DNA from: the human T2T-CHM13v2.0 reference genome, Homo sapiens
Length of the DNA stretch: 64,000 nucleotides
Reading direction: 5' to 3' (one strand)
NCBI RefSeq assembly: GCF_009914755.1
Contig: NC_060941.1
Shown: positions 27,979 to 43,534 of the stretch, one piece after another
Numbering within the stretch: the stretch's first letter is position 1
Layout of the letters: the number at the start of each line of letters is the position of its first letter
Position numbers and translations under genes: made by a program
Notes under the pieces: model-generated
What the model was told of the DNA's origin: nothing
Databases searched by the model: none
What the model saw: only the letters and a program-made list of their open reading frames with translations

Positions 27979-28987
27979 TATCAAGCCTTTTTTCATGTAA
28001 GTTTTATCAGTTTTTCATGGAAGTTACATCAGTTTGCTAAGCTGTGCATTGGACATAACAACGCTATATATATATATATATATATAAAGTATATATATAT
28101 AAAGTATATATATATTTTCATGAGGATCTAATCAGATAATGTATATATATAACTCACTATAGCGTCTAGCAAGCAGTTAGCTCTCAATAATCATTATCAT
28201 TTTCAGTCCTTTTTTAGAAGCTGTTATGTTAAAATTGAGTGCTGTCTTCATTGGGACTTGCAGTTTCAAAATATGGTATTAGGCATTTGCTCAATATTGA
28301 AATCCACGGGCACGTCACACAGGAGAGATAGTGCTGATAGTCTGAGGTGAAGCTGATTGTCCAGAAGGCTGAATGTTACTAATTACATAATAGTGAGTAC
28401 AAACGGAACACAGGCACAGAGCAAGAAGAGTCCATTGAAAAGAGAGCCTGATGCTCTTTCCCAAGAGAAGACACTGGGAAAACAAGTTCAAGCCAATTTT
28501 AAAACCACAAGGTCAGAGAATGCTTTTTTGTTGCTGCCTTTTTATTTGTTTTCATCCCTGAATATATCCTAAGTGTTTCATTTAACTTTGTCCTTGCCCC
28601 AGGTCCCACCCATTCAATCACATTTATGCCCTCAGGTGAATGAAGACTAGAGGTAAAAAAGGAAGTAGCTAGGTTATGAAAGATTCTGTAAGATTCTTGG
28701 GCACAAACAGCACTGCTTCTGTACTTTCTTTACTGAACCGATTACAAAAGAGAGAGAGACATAGTTTTGTCTGTTTCCCGTTGACCCCACGTACCCCTGG
28801 AATCTGAAAGGCACCCCTGTATTAGTGGTCTAGCTGCTCCCCAAGAAGATGGCAGAGGGGCTCTGGTGCTTGGTAGGGAGAGGTAGACAGGAATAGGAGT
28901 GGCAGTGACAATGCCCATTTGGAGAGCTAAGAGTGCCAGACACATAGCAAGCCCTCAAGAAATACTTATTTAAGACTTCCTGGTTCC

Positions 28988-29544
28988 TGCATTGGGTTGA
29001 ATTTTGTCCCTAAAAAAGATTACTATAACTACTAAGCATCAGTAATTGGAATGTAATTTTTTTAAGTACGGTGTTGCTGATATAGTCAAGTTAATTCAAT
29101 GACTGATGTCTTTAAAAGAAGGAGATTTGGCTTGCAGTAAGTTGAGATTGTGCCACTGCACTCCAGCCTGGGTGACAGAGCGAGACTCCATCAAAAAAAA
29201 AAGAAAAGAAAAAAAGGAGATTTGGATACAGATGCATAAACAGAGGAAGGAAGGTGAAGTGGCATATAAAGTGGCAGCGAAGTGGCAATAAACAGTGGCA
29301 ATGAAGGTGAAGATTGCAGTAATGTGTCCTTCTACAAGCAAGGGATGCCTAAGATTGCCAGCAACGGTGAAAAGCTAGGAAGACATGTGGAATGATTCTT
29401 CCCGGACTACTCAGAGAGCGCACAATCCTGCCAACACTCGCACTTCAGATTTCTAGTCTCCAGAACTATAAGAGAATATGTTTCTGTTTTATTAGGGCAC
29501 CCAGTACATAGGGCTTTATTATGGCAGCCTGGGAAACTAATGCA
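28988..29544 (+). mobile_element. MLT1B/C-like solo LTR
   Basis: Starts gggttgaattttgtccctaaaaaagat, contains ggatgcctaagattgccagcaac and ends ggcagcctgggaaactaatgca. Confidence 0.8.
29131..29213 (+). mobile_element. Severely 5'-truncated AluY (3' ~62 nt plus tail)
   Basis: cttgcagt...gagcgagactccatc followed by an A-tail; TSD aaggagatttgg on both sides (ending 29130 and 29225). Confidence 0.88.
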
Positions 29545-30973
29545 GTCCCCAAAGAAAAAGTATTCTGTGAATACCTAGCAAAGTCAAGGGTGCTCAGTGG
29601 GGAGTTAAAACACCTACTAGTAGGGTCCATGCTGCCTGGTGAAATGGCCATAGCTAATAGCAAGGCAGAGCTTAGCGGAATCTACAGATAGCAGAATGTA
29701 CAAGATCTTCCTGCTGTTGTCATGGGAAGATTGTTCAGAGGAGTTAAAAATGCACTTGCCAAGATGACCCTCAAGGGGCTGTGAGTAGGGATTTGAATAA
29801 AAAGGGGATGATGAGAAGCCTTGTAGGGAACTGGTGTTTATAGATAGGTGAAGACAAAATTTGTCTCTCAATGGCCACATTTTTCAGCCCTACATCGAGG
29901 AGGCCTGAGGACATCCAGGCTACAATAATATAGAACAGTTTCTCCTTGATTATATTAAAAAACTGCATTAGATTGTCTCTTCCTGCATGAGTCTCTTCAG
30001 CTTGTAAATGTTTCAGGGTCACTTGTCATCCAGAAATGTGCCTTTTACTAAAATGATTATGCCAACTGTTCTATTTAAAAGGCTCTTGATCACTGAACAC
30101 AGTGAAAAGTAATTCATAAATGCTGACTCAAGAAAAATGTTTTGATAACAAAAGTTGCCAAGGCAAGCCAGAATGAAAGCATTCCTTAGCCTTAAATTGA
30201 AAATAGTTAAAAGACCCATAGTGAAAAACACTAATAACAAATCTTCAGAAGCTGATGATAAACATACATTAGAAGTTATGATTAAATACATTTTGACTAA
30301 ACAAGATACATGAAGCTCTTATTACAAGGCCTGGCTCTATGATAGGCAATAAGAATATTTCATAGCAATGAGAGTAAGAAAAATATTAATGATGAGTTGT
30401 GTAAATGTATATTTTTATATCGTGTTTCTGTGGTTGAGTGATTTGCAGTAAATACTGTCAGCTAATACCAAAAGCATTATAAAATGTGAGGACAGCCTTC
30501 ACAGTTGGTTAGAAAGGTGACAAGTGAAGAACATGACACCTAAAAACAACTGCTGCACTCACGGGATCAATTTCAGTAATTTCCAGGTAAACCCAGTTAC
30601 ATTGGTAGAAAGTAAAGCTATGGGTACAACCATAATCATAGGGTGTACCAAAAATAACATTACTATTTTAATGCTTTGATTAACCAGGGCCAATGTGTTC
30701 TTTACATGTATTGACTTAACCAAATTTGCGTTACCATAAAACCCATGAGCACACAGAAGTTAGTAATGTGGGGTGGATGTTAGAGCCATACATTTTAGCT
30801 CTAGAGACCTGCCTTTCATCAGTACACATGCTGCTGTTCAGGGTGGAAACAGGCCAGATGTTAATGTCAGTATATAGCTGGTGTCATGAAAGTCCTCCAG
30901 AAGTTATCCTGAAAATTTTAACAGCTTTTATGACAACAATAAACATGCAGCTTACCCTTTGAAAGGCAGCTTG

Positions 30974-31295
<322 letters not shown>

Positions 31296-31864
31296 TTAAA
31301 TGTTTTTTAAAAAATAAATTTCTGCAAAGCAGAAAGTAAAGATGAAAATTAGCAATTTTGGCCGGTGCACATGGCATGTGATGGAAAGATTGTAAGCAAA
31401 CGTTATGCAGAAAGACAGTCTTGCAGGTATTTAGTTTCAGAAAGATTTGGGAAAAGGTAGTGTTTATTTGTTAAACAGGCAAAAAAGTGTTTTAGTCCTT
31501 CGGGAAGAAAAATAAGAATAAACAAGAAAGATCTCAATTTAATGAGCATTTACATGTTCTTAGAAAGGATTTGGCATGGGTAGGTGGGGTGGTCAGGATA
31601 GAGGCTGAGATTATATAAATGAGATATAAAATAAGGACCTGAATTTAGAAACAAAAAACAAGGGTAGGTACATGAATGATTCAACAAAGTGAGTGAGATT
31701 CATATCATTAGAATTTAATGCAAGTTAATGAGGTAGGGCTTCTTAATTCACTTAGTAAATATTTTTGATAATTTATAGTGTGATAATATTCTAATACTAA
31801 AGGCAGATTATTTATCAGAGTTACTCAGGTAAGTTCTGCTTTAATGCTGATCCCTCCTAGAGGA

Positions 31865-32301
31865 GTTAGAATAACCCTTCCTGCCCTAGATGACCATGTG
31901 CTAAACACTAAAATCTATGACATGTCACCTTGCATTGCAACTGGCTACTTTGCAGATGTGATTTAGTTGAAGATCTGGAGAGGGGAGGGTTATCTTGGAT
32001 TTTTCAGACAGGTCCAATGTAATTACACAAGGGTTATTTTAAGACAGAGGCAGGAGGGTCAGATTCAGACATGTGATGATGGAAGCAGAGTTTGGAATGA
32101 TGTGGCCAGGAGCCAAGGAGTGCGGGCAGCCTGTAGGGGCTGGAGAGACAAGATAAAAGATTCTCCCTTACAGCCTTCATAAATGCTACAGACCCATTTT
32201 GGACTTCTGACCTTCTAAACTGTAAGATAATTATTATTTTTTGTTTTGAACCACTAAGTTATGGTGGTGATTTGTTATAGCAGCAATAGAAAATGAATAC
32301 A
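31865..32301 (+). mobile_element. MLT1D-like solo LTR
   Basis: Contains actttgcagatgtgatt and gagccaaggagtgcgggcagcct; ends tttgttatagcagcaatagaaaatgaataca. Confidence 0.85.
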
Positions 32302-32629
32302 CCTGCAAATTTTGATTGTTTGGGGAAAAGGGAAGCTGTATAGGCACTGTACTGAGTACAGGAGTTAGAGAAATAAATAATAGTTACAGCCATCAATGAC
32401 CTGATAACATAATGTGAGATAAAAGTTGGATTGTGGTATGGTGGGGAAGTGTAAGTTGGTTTTTATAGTCTAGGTGACTCAACTATGTGGAGTGGTGGAA
32501 TTTATGAATACAATTCCAGGCAGATCTATAAATTCAGTTATAGTTTAAGGATAAGATGAGTAATTTTTTTTTAAATTAAAAAAACTTTAAAAATCAAGAA
32601 ATTAGTTTAATTGATTTTAATAAGCTGGA

Positions 32630-33310
32630 CAAGATATTTCTACTCATGTCCATCTCATCTACCATACCATAGTCCAACCTATCATGATGTCTAGCCTGGG
32701 CTATCACAAAAATGTCCTTATGGGGGTCCTCACTCAAATCTCCACTGACCTAGTCCAAACAGGCTTTGCAGTTATGGTGAAAATGACCATTTTAAAATTC
32801 AAATCTGATTTTTTAAACTTTCTTGATAAGTATTTTTAATGCCTTGCTACTGCCATTTGGACAATATTCCAAACCCTTACCTTACCTAAAAAGGTCCTCC
32901 CCGAGCTAACCCTACTTACTATCCGTATAGGTATCTTGTCTTCCCATGACCTGTCTTTCAGGTCTTCAAAAGCTCCAAGCCCTCTCTTTTCTCAGAGCCC
33001 TCCTGCACACTGTTTTTCCCACTCCTTAAAAGAGGATCCCTTCCACTTTACACATATTTAAAAATAACAAATACTTATAGTGACAGTTACGATTACTTGA
33101 TGTGTATTACCTCTATTAATCCTCTCAATAGTTCCATTTAGTAGATATCATTATTTTTATTTTATGGAAAAAGATACAGTGGTACAGAAAAGCTAAGTAA
33201 CTAGTCCAAAGTCACAAAGCTAATAATATATCTCAGAGTAGGCAGTCAATCCTATGCTGTATGGTTTTAGAGTCCTTTAATTGCTAAACCAGTATGCCAT
33301 ACTGCCACAT
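32630..33310 (-). mobile_element. L2 3' fragment interrupted by a MIR (~33060-33300)
   Basis: ccaccatagtccaacctatcatgatgtctagcctgggcta is L2-like; aagtaactagtccaaagtcaca is MIR core. Confidence 0.55.
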
Positions 33311-34429
33311 TTCTTTGATTGTCAACTTAGATATCATTTTACAAGAAAGCCTTCCCATAACCCTAACCTTGATAGTGCCTTGCCTTCCCCTTATGTTATG
33401 CTGACCACACATGATCACACAAGGAGAAAAGGGTGTCTGAGACCTACAAGTACTCTATACTGAACCTCTCTGAGATATTCTTAAAATTATAGTAAAGAAA
33501 ACTAGGTTAGTAATTCATTTATAACACCTGAAAAAAATCAAAAGCTTCATCTCTTACAGAGTTTTCACCTTGTCTGACTGGACTATTTCTCATGCTGGTG
33601 GTTATACTGATCTATATATATGTGATGGACTTTCAAGGTCATGGGTATCAGTAGGTGTTTGAGTTGAGATTTCAACACTTCACATCCCTGCTTTATCATT
33701 GATTGCTTCATACACATACAAAAACATTTTTTCTTGGAAAACAAAATCTGAAATTTATATCAGCCTTTATTTAGAGGCAATTCATATGGAGCACTGTTAA
33801 TACAAATGTGATTTTTCTATCCCTGACCCTCTTACTAACCCTGTGTTGTCCAGGGATCCATGAACTTTGTACAAATCATGGTAGGGAATCATCTGTATCC
33901 ATTTGGAGAAAACAGAGTTCTAACTGTGTGTTCTGACTCACAACTTGAGGTTAAGTGGAAATAGCTTTTGAGTGTTTAATTCTCATCCCTTCTGATTCTG
34001 CAGCATTGGAGGAATGTCCTTCTTAACTCTCAGCTTTTCGTTTGTTTGGTTTCTTTTGCTACAAAGTGCTGGACAGAGACTGCATGAGGTACTGAGAATC
34101 CAGTAAGCTTAAATGGGGTTGAGAAAAAATGGCTCCCAGCTTTGGATTATGTCTTCTCTCAACTATGTTTGTCTTGTGGACTACCAGCTATTTTATTTTG
34201 TTGTTTTTACAATGCAAATGTCTTTGTTGCCTTTTCTGAGTTAAAAAAGTAAATGCATTGCAATAACAAAAAAAAAAAGCTACGAAAATAATCAAGTAAA
34301 ATTCATTTCGAGTCTCACTTTACTAGATGACCATAGTTAACATTTTGATAAATTTAAGAGAGACAGGCAGATGTCTCTTTCTCTTGTATGTGAATGTGTG
34401 TGCACATGTGTGTCCATGTGTATGTGTAC

Positions 34430-34882
34430 ACATGCTACCATGGACATCTTCTCTGTGTGTCTTCCTCCAAATCCTTACTCTGCCCCAAAAGTCTGATCTC
34501 AATAGGTGTCCTTGGCCTCTAGCTTCTAGTTAGATTGGAACAATTGAAAACTCCGAAAGGAAGGTAGAGGGATGAGAGGGCTAAAGATTTTATTTCTCTA
34601 GTCCCATCCTTCTTGGCTTACCTGAAGCAGGTTGTGTTTGTCTGTGAATACTCTCTCAAAACAAATGTCTCCATTAGTCTCTTCATGTCTGGGTTCTGGT
34701 AATTACTACCTGCTCCCTTACATCAGGCCTAGAAATTAAAAGGGCTCCACAGAAACTAGCTCCAGGGTATGCACTGTTCTTTGTGTCCCAATACTGTGCT
34801 CACTCCTTTAAAAAGTCCTTTCATCAAATACTCTTCAAATTATCCTATTTTGAATGTGCCATCTGTTTCCTGAGGGAACTCT
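34430..34882 (+). mobile_element. LTR33-like ERVL LTR remnant
   Basis: 3' end ctcttcaaattatcctattttgaatgtgccatctgtttcctg resembles LTR33. Confidence 0.55.
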
Positions 34883-35247
34883 TATGGAAAATTTCCCCTA
34901 CAAAACATGCAAACGCATGCATGCGTGTGCGCACACAGACACATACACACACACCCCACATATTTACTGGAATGGGTTGATGCCTGCAACTACATTTTTT
35001 TATGATGTATCATAATTCGTTTTTCTAGTTTCATCTTGGTAGATATTTAGACTATTCCGTTTTTTATCATACCATAAGCAATGACATCGTTAATATCCTC
35101 GTGTGTATATTATGCCAACTTTTTGCAAGATTATTTTATAGTACATTCCTAACAATGGAGTTTCTATGTCAAAGGACATGTGCATTTTAAAATTTGATAC
35201 TACTTTTTTTTTTTCCTTTCAAATGGCTCCACCAATGTTTATTCCTA

Positions 35248-35572
35248 CTATCTTAGTCAGTTTGAGCTGCTATAACAGGAATACAGAGTGGTTGGCTTAA
35301 AGAAGATTTTTTTCTCGCAATTCTGGATGCTGGAGAGTCCAATCTCAAGGCAGACGTGGTGTGTTCATAGATGGCCATCTTCTTGCTGTGTCTTCACATA
35401 GTGGTAAGAGCTCTCTGGGGTTTCTTTAATAAGGGCACCCATCCCATTCATGAAGTCTCCACCTTCATGACCTCATCACCTCCCAAAGGCACCATCTTCT
35501 ACCACCATCACATTGAGAGTTGGGATTTCAACAGATAAATTTTGGAGAAACATAAACATTCAGTAGTCCACT
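35248..35572 (-). mobile_element. MLT1A-like solo LTR within an old L1M fragment (~35030-35790)
   Basis: tcttagtcagtttgagctgctataaca...aagggcacc.atcccattcatga...taaacattcag. Confidence 0.8.
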
Positions 35573-36513
35573 GGACCTATCAACATGGTGAAAATTTCAG
35601 TCTCTCACTAGAACTTCCCGTACTTTATTTTATCGAACATTTTAATTTTTGCTAATGTAAAATGTGAGAAATGTCATTACCGTTTTAATTTTTTCTTTTA
35701 ATATGAGAAATATTGGACATGGTTTATATGTTTATTTAGCCATCTGTATTTCTTTTCCTGAGAAGTTCCTATTCACGTGCTTTACTCAGATGAGTTACAA
35801 TATTTATTTTCAAGACAGAGTAGGACCTATAGGGGAAAGAAATAAGTAACCTTAAAGCTCTCTTAACTTTACTTTAACAGATATCTAAAAGTCATATTAA
35901 TTCATTGAACTTTGCCTTCAGGCTTCTAAGTTGTGTATTTCTAACTTTAACATAGTTGACATTCCAGGACTGGGAGTCACAGTTGATAGTACCTCTCATT
36001 GGTGGAGGCTGCCTTCTTCTTCTTAGATTGCATGATGATCTCAACTTTACATACTAGTCAAAACTTTGTATTGTTATTCTCATATTAGGCTTCAGGTTAT
36101 TGTCTTGCATTTCTTGATCAGTACTTTATATTTCTAAAATGAGCTTTAATCGACATAGATAGTGACCATCTTTCCTGGCCCCAACCAGTTAATTTTACAT
36201 GTGTATCAACATAATACAAGCAAGGAGAAACTAAATATGTGAACAGTGGAGTCTATATTCAGAAATATCTAAAAATGTATAGAAAATGTGGGCAATCCTG
36301 ATAAGTTTTAATCAATCTGATACGTTTGAATTTTATTCAAGTTTTCATGTGAACTAAGTAATGGTTTGGAGCAAAAGGGATAACATTATGCCTTTACTAA
36401 TGCTCATAGCTTGATTGGAAGGAAAAATAAAGTTCATGGAAATACGTTAGGAAGGATTTCTGAAGACCTGGTTGGTGATGCATTTATTTGACTCTGATAA
36501 AAGGATGATTTAA

Positions 36514-36847
<334 letters not shown>

Positions 36848-37515
36848 TTACATATAGACAGATATGTAGTGTGTTGTGGTTCCTCTATTATTGTCCAGAT
36901 AATTTTAATCTAGAGTTACTGACTGTTGCACCTACTGATTCTGTTATAAATCATGTTGTTTTTCCAGAAAAACTAGATTTAGCCATCCTGGGTAGGATAG
37001 TGTTGTCCTCCTCAGTGGGAAAGGAAGTACGGGAAATAAAATTAGTTGGATACCAAAGAATTACTGGTGAATAACTGTGTTATTTACAGTCTATGTATTC
37101 CATATGAGGTTCTCAATGATCCTCTGAGATAAATATTACCATCTTCATTTTTAAATTTAAGAAACTCTTTCAGGATCACATGAGATAAAAAAAATGTAGT
37201 GTTAGATTTGAATCAAGATCTCTATGACTTCAAACTCCATGCTATTCCTAGTGTACTAGTAGTTCTCAAACTACATATAATACAGAACATATTTTTTCTT
37301 TCCTGGCACAGACTAATACATGGTCCAGCTATGCATGATTAGTATGCAGTTCTTGCTGTGTGAAACTCATCACTCAAGTTCAAGAACCCCGAATTGGTCT
37401 AGAACCCATTCAAGAAGAGTCCACTGACCACGGGCTTAGCTATTGTGAGAATGTCCAATTGCTAGAAAAGTTTTTTAAACTTGTAATTTTTGTACTAACT
37501 GCATTCTGGTAATAA

Positions 37516-37897
<382 letters not shown>

Positions 37898-38805
37898 TGG
37901 AAAATACTGTTAAAAACTACTTTATCATCTGCATTTGTAAAAGACCACACATTATTATTGAATTAAAAGTATGGAAGCTAGAATTCTGCTATTTTGGTGA
38001 AGTAAACCTAATACAAAATGGTCATTCATAGCTTTTGTGGGAAGAAATTATTGCCCGAGGAATGTGCTTGATAAGTAATAAACATGGAAAACTCTTTGTT
38101 CTCCATTAGGCAGAGGAAAACTAATTTCACAGTTTGTTGTAGCTGAATGTTCGGCATTTGTTTCTTTATTCTTATTCTGTGTTAAGGATATTTAATCTTT
38201 CCCTTGGAAAACTACTTTTTATTTAAAAAGACATTTTTCTCAGTCCATTTGTAAATAAAGCAAGTATACTGAAATGATTCAGATTCCTGTGGTTCCCATT
38301 TACATCTGATTTCCTTCCTGGCTGATCTTCCAGTCTACATGACTTGATTATCTTCCCAAATTATCCTGCCAGGAATATTCCACAGGGTTTTTCCTATGGA
38401 AACTATATTAAACCTTTTATAATTTAGCAATGTTGGCACTAACGTACTTTCTCCGAAGTGCACTTATCTCGAGAACATTCTTCCATGAAGATCATCCAAA
38501 AAGCACTCTAGTGTCAGCATAAGTGTCAACATAAGAATGATCCCTAGGCATTTGCAGAAATGCCTTTAACTAATTAAAAAGATGTTTTAATATTTGTCTT
38601 CAAATTGTGACTCTTCAATATGTCTGACCTAAACAACATGCATATATAGCAAGCGCCCTCACTTTGAAAATTATTTTCTAACTATAATGATGCACACTTT
38701 CTTTCTTTTGTGAGTTTTCCTGTTGGTGATGAAGAACAATAAAGAGGAGAATGCTATAAAACATCATATCTTTATTAAGATAGTAAGTTTTATAATAAAT
38801 GTGTT

Positions 38806-39108
<303 letters not shown>

Positions 39109-39549
39109 AGATGTATTTATTGCTTTTTTTGGTGATCACCAGAGCCATTAATTTTTATTTCTTTTGAAAGTTCTAAATTTGGAATGCAAGATGAGTTGAG
39201 CCATTATCTTTGAGGAAGCTGTAATCAAATATTTTAAATTTGCCTAAATCATCATTTGGACTGATTAATAGTCGTGATAAGAAATAAGAAAGATGTCTGA
39301 AACCATTATCTAATTAGTTAAATGATAGGGAAAAACAGTAAAAAATGAAAGAAAAATACCCAAGACTAACCAAATTCCACATGCTTTATATAAGAGAAAT
39401 GCTATAATCTCTGTTCCATGTGGGATATTGTCGCCTCCTTAAATGGTTGGAGACCATGCCTATGTGAGTGATTCTGTACAGCCAGGTAGAGTGCTAAAAG
39501 ATACTTCCCACTGATTTCTACTACGGTATCTGTATCTAACCTTTAAGTC

Positions 39550-40002
39550 CGTATTAGTTTCCTAGGGATACCATAACAAAGCATCACAAATGGAGTGGTT
39601 TAAAACAACATTTATTCTTTCACAGTTCCTGAGTTCTAAAAGTCCAAAATTAAGGTGTTGTCAGGGTCATGCTCCCTCTGAAATCTGTAGGGAGAATCCT
39701 TCTTTGCTTCTTCCTAGCTACCGGTAGTTGCCAGCAACCTTTGGTATTATTTGGCTTGCAGCTGCATTACTCTAATCTTCATTTTCATTATCACACGGCA
39801 TTCTCCCTGTGTCTGTCTTCACATAATCATCTCCAAGGGATGTTAGCCATAGTGGATTAGCGACCACTCTTACTCCAGTGTGACCTTATCTTAACTAAGT
39901 ATATCTGCGATGACCCTGTTTTCAAATAACATCATATTCCGAGGTACTGGGAGTTAAAATTCAGCATACCATTTTTTCTGAAGACAATTTCAACCCATAA
40001 CA
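39550..40002 (-). mobile_element. MLT1C-like solo LTR
   Basis: gtattagtttcctaggg...catgctccctctgaa...ttcaacccataaca. Confidence 0.85.
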
Positions 40003-41193
40003 ATGCCTAAATGGCATATTTGTAATTTCAGATAAACATTCTAGTGAAACAAATGATTCTCACTGTTAAACATGTATTTTTAAAAGACTGTATAATTTCC
40101 AGAATGCCAGGTTCTTTCTTTCTATTTTCTCCCACTTATTACAGCATTATCAATCTATGTGTTCTCATTTCTTCTATTCATAAGTCATAAATGACCTTGA
40201 TAAAGCTTGGGTGATTTTCCCAAGGTAAAATTTGGGGCAGGGGTTATGAGTAGAAATTTCACTCCACATTGTATATTGTTTGGACACTTTGCTGGCCATA
40301 TTCATTGTCCTATTTTTATTATTACCAAAACACTAGAAGGTACTATAATAATGAAGTTACGCAGATGTGAAAAACATGACTTAGTTGTAGTAAATTAACT
40401 TGTCCTGGAGAGATATATGGATGAGTCAGTATCCAAACTGTACCATACAACCTTTTAGTTTTCTGGAACCAGGGAGAAAGTGGGAAGAGAAATAGAAGAA
40501 ATTACATATGACATGATAGATAGTTCCTCTTCAACAAAGTTTGCTGTGCTACAATCTACCAAAGCTGATAATTTAATGGGCCGCTCAATGTTGCCTAGAG
40601 CACATTAAGTGTGACATTTTCTTAATTTATCATTGGTATATATGCTGGTAAATTTTGTTTACATAGTGATGAATTGCCTTAGTTTAACATCTTATATCGG
40701 AATTGAATGAGGTTAATTGAGGTTCCAGAGCACAGGTAACGTTAGAAGCTTAAACACCAAAACCTTTACCCTACCTAAAGCAATGAACATATAGTTGAAT
40801 CAATAAAAAGAAAATGATTTCTGTGTAATTCCAACTGTATATTAGTAATTATTTCAACAAGCTTTATTGACTATCTAATCAAAAACCATCAATATGTCAA
40901 AGGGTGGTTGTGCTGCATAGCCTTCATAATAGACAGCTGAGGACACAATCTATAGCCACTATGTGGCAGTAGTAACAGATCACCACAGCCCTTGATCTCC
41001 AAACACTTTTGCTTCCACCTGACTTCATTGAATGTCACATGCAAATATGCATGCTACCACATACTGTGGATTATTCATCCCCATTTCTCCATAGCAAAAA
41101 GGTTATCTATCATTTCTCAAATATATGAAACATGCAATCCCAGAATCTCACTTAAGGTTTTTCTTGGTGTTGCCCCTAATACCACTTACTGTA

Positions 41194-41592
41194 TGCTATG
41201 GTTTTAATGTGGCCCCCAAAGTTCATGTATTGAAAACTTGATCCTCTATTCAGTGGTATTGGGAATTGTGATTTAATGGGAGGTTTTTGAGTCATGGAAC
41301 ATCACCTTTATAAGTGTCTTGGTGCCATTATCATGAGAGTGAATTTCTTATAAAAGGACAAATTTGGCCTTCTCCTGTGTGCACTCATGCTCTCTCTCTC
41401 TCTCTCTCTCACACCCTCTTTTGCCTTTCTACCTTCTGCTATGAGACGATGGGGCTCTAATGTCTTCACCAGATTCCAGTCCCTCAATTCTGGACTTCCC
41501 AGCCTGTAGAATCACAAGCCAATAAAGGTCTGTTTATTGTAAATTACCCAATATGTAATATTGTGTTATAGAAACAGAAAATAGATTATGGT
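41194..41592 (+). mobile_element. MSTB-like solo LTR
   Basis: Starts tgctatggttttaatgt..cccccaaagttcatgt and contains tggacttcccagcct and aaattaccca. Confidence 0.85.
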
Positions 41593-41599
41593 ACTGCAT

Positions 41600-42062
41600 T
41601 TACCATTCTTCTAATAGGAAACAGTATACTCAAATTAAGTAACTTAAGAAAACTATTTGCAAAGCTGTATGCAGAGTGTAGGGAATCCACAATGTATAAT
41701 ACAGTATTCCAGGACCAGAAATAGTGGAACATCATAAACACCTGGTGGCTTGAAGGAACAAAGGCAAGGGCCAGTTAGCAGATAATGGAGAGTAAAAAAG
41801 CTGTGTGTAGAAGGCCAAATAATAGATTATGTGTTCTTCAGTTATGAGACACAATCACTCATGCAGAATTCCATGGGAGAGTAACAGGGAAAATAAAACT
41901 GTGGGCTTGTTCTCCTCTTTGTCTCCAATCTTCTGTTGGCCAAGCCCAGACAGCATCTAGAAGACAAAGGATGCAATTCATGTGGATCAGCCACTCAGGG
42001 CACAGAGCAGGGTGGGAAAAGAAGAAAAATATCTTCAAGGGCAAAAGGGATGATCACGTACA
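41600..42062 (-). mobile_element. LTR33-like remnant
   Basis: aggaaacagtatactcaaatt.agtaactt matches the reverse complement of the LTR33-like end seen at 34830-34870. Confidence 0.45.
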
Positions 42063-42249
42063 TTTTCCAACAAGGTAAAGTATTTCCATTGTTATCAGTG
42101 AAAGTCAAGGACTCAGACTCTATAGAGAAATATATGTTCTCTCCTTCTCAGATTTCCCCTAACCTTAAGCCTTAACAACATCTACAACACAGACTCTAAG
42201 TGATCCTGATAAGATTGTCCTTCAAATTTTCTTCCACAAACATGCTCCC

Positions 42250-43530
42250 AGAAAGATTGAAGGAGGTTGCTTGGGCTCCATGTATATAGTAATGCTTTTT
42301 TCACAAGCCCCAACATTTAACAGATCAGCTTTTAAAGAGTTCCTCAGAGCTACTAGTGTTCCTGGTAAGCTCTCCAACCTATCTTTCTTGTCCCCTTTAC
42401 CCCGTAATTTTCATCTGGTGTCAACAAATTGGCTACAGACCAATCCCAAGAAAGTGACAACCTACTTTTGACAAAGAGTCCAGCAACACTAATCACATTG
42501 GGCCTTACGTTCCTATTTATCTCAGTCACTACAGGAGGTCAAACACCTTCATCTAGATCCTCATTCCTATGTGGCTTTGCAGAGACACTGTTCGGACTCA
42601 TTGCCCATTCCTAACCTAAGCAAAAGCTTTTCTCCGTACCTCTGGGACCCCTGGTTTGTCATTGGTGAAAGTCCTTGTATCTTCCCTTTAGCACACTTGC
42701 ATTAGTTGGAAGCCTTTCAAGAGATGATTTGGTTTTCTCGTATTTCTATTTTATCTCAGGGCCCAGACTCAATGTATTTCCTGATGCTAGCTTATGTTTC
42801 CAGGCCATTGTTTATTTTTCTACTCTCTCCATCCCTCTTAGAAACACCTAACATCAGGTATTCCTCACTGACATTATCAGCCATCCTTCATTAAGGAACA
42901 CGTATATTAACCTCTGTGTTAACATGCATGTAATATATAATAAACCCCATTGAAGGTTTTAGTATATGGCTTGCTGTCTTTGTGTCTATACTACTCCTGT
43001 TTAGCACTTTGACCTCTTAATCCTTTAACCTCTTCAGTTCCAACCCTCTTTATATCTCACCATCACGACCAGAATTTTCACCACTGATTACGCCATAATT
43101 CCTGACATGTTAACTATGCCAATTTTAAATATCTTGTTCTCCATCTATTTTTTCTATATTTCCAGTTCATTTGCTCTACTATCTCTATTTCCATAATTCT
43201 CTAACTTCACTAGGACTTTCAACTCACTTATCTACTGTGTTAGCTCCATTGTAATTCTGGCATCATTTTTATCCAGAGAAGGTTCTATATTCCAACATTA
43301 TCATCACTAACTTGCATATTCTTTCAAATCCCTTGACATCTACCCTCCTTGCCGTGCATGGCTTTTACCCTGATTGCACACAATTCCTTGTGCTCACACT
43401 ATACCTCTACTCATACATCCAAATGCAACCAGAGCAGTACACACAGCCATTCTGACAGTATCACTTTAAATTCATGACTACAAATCTCATCAAGTCTCAG
43501 CACTGCCAAACAATCCCTCCATATTATCTA
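42250..43530 (-). mobile_element. L2 ORF2-region remnant
   Basis: Pyrimidine-rich degenerate sequence with tcactttaaattcatgactacaaatctca. Confidence 0.5.
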
Positions 43531-43534
43531 AGTA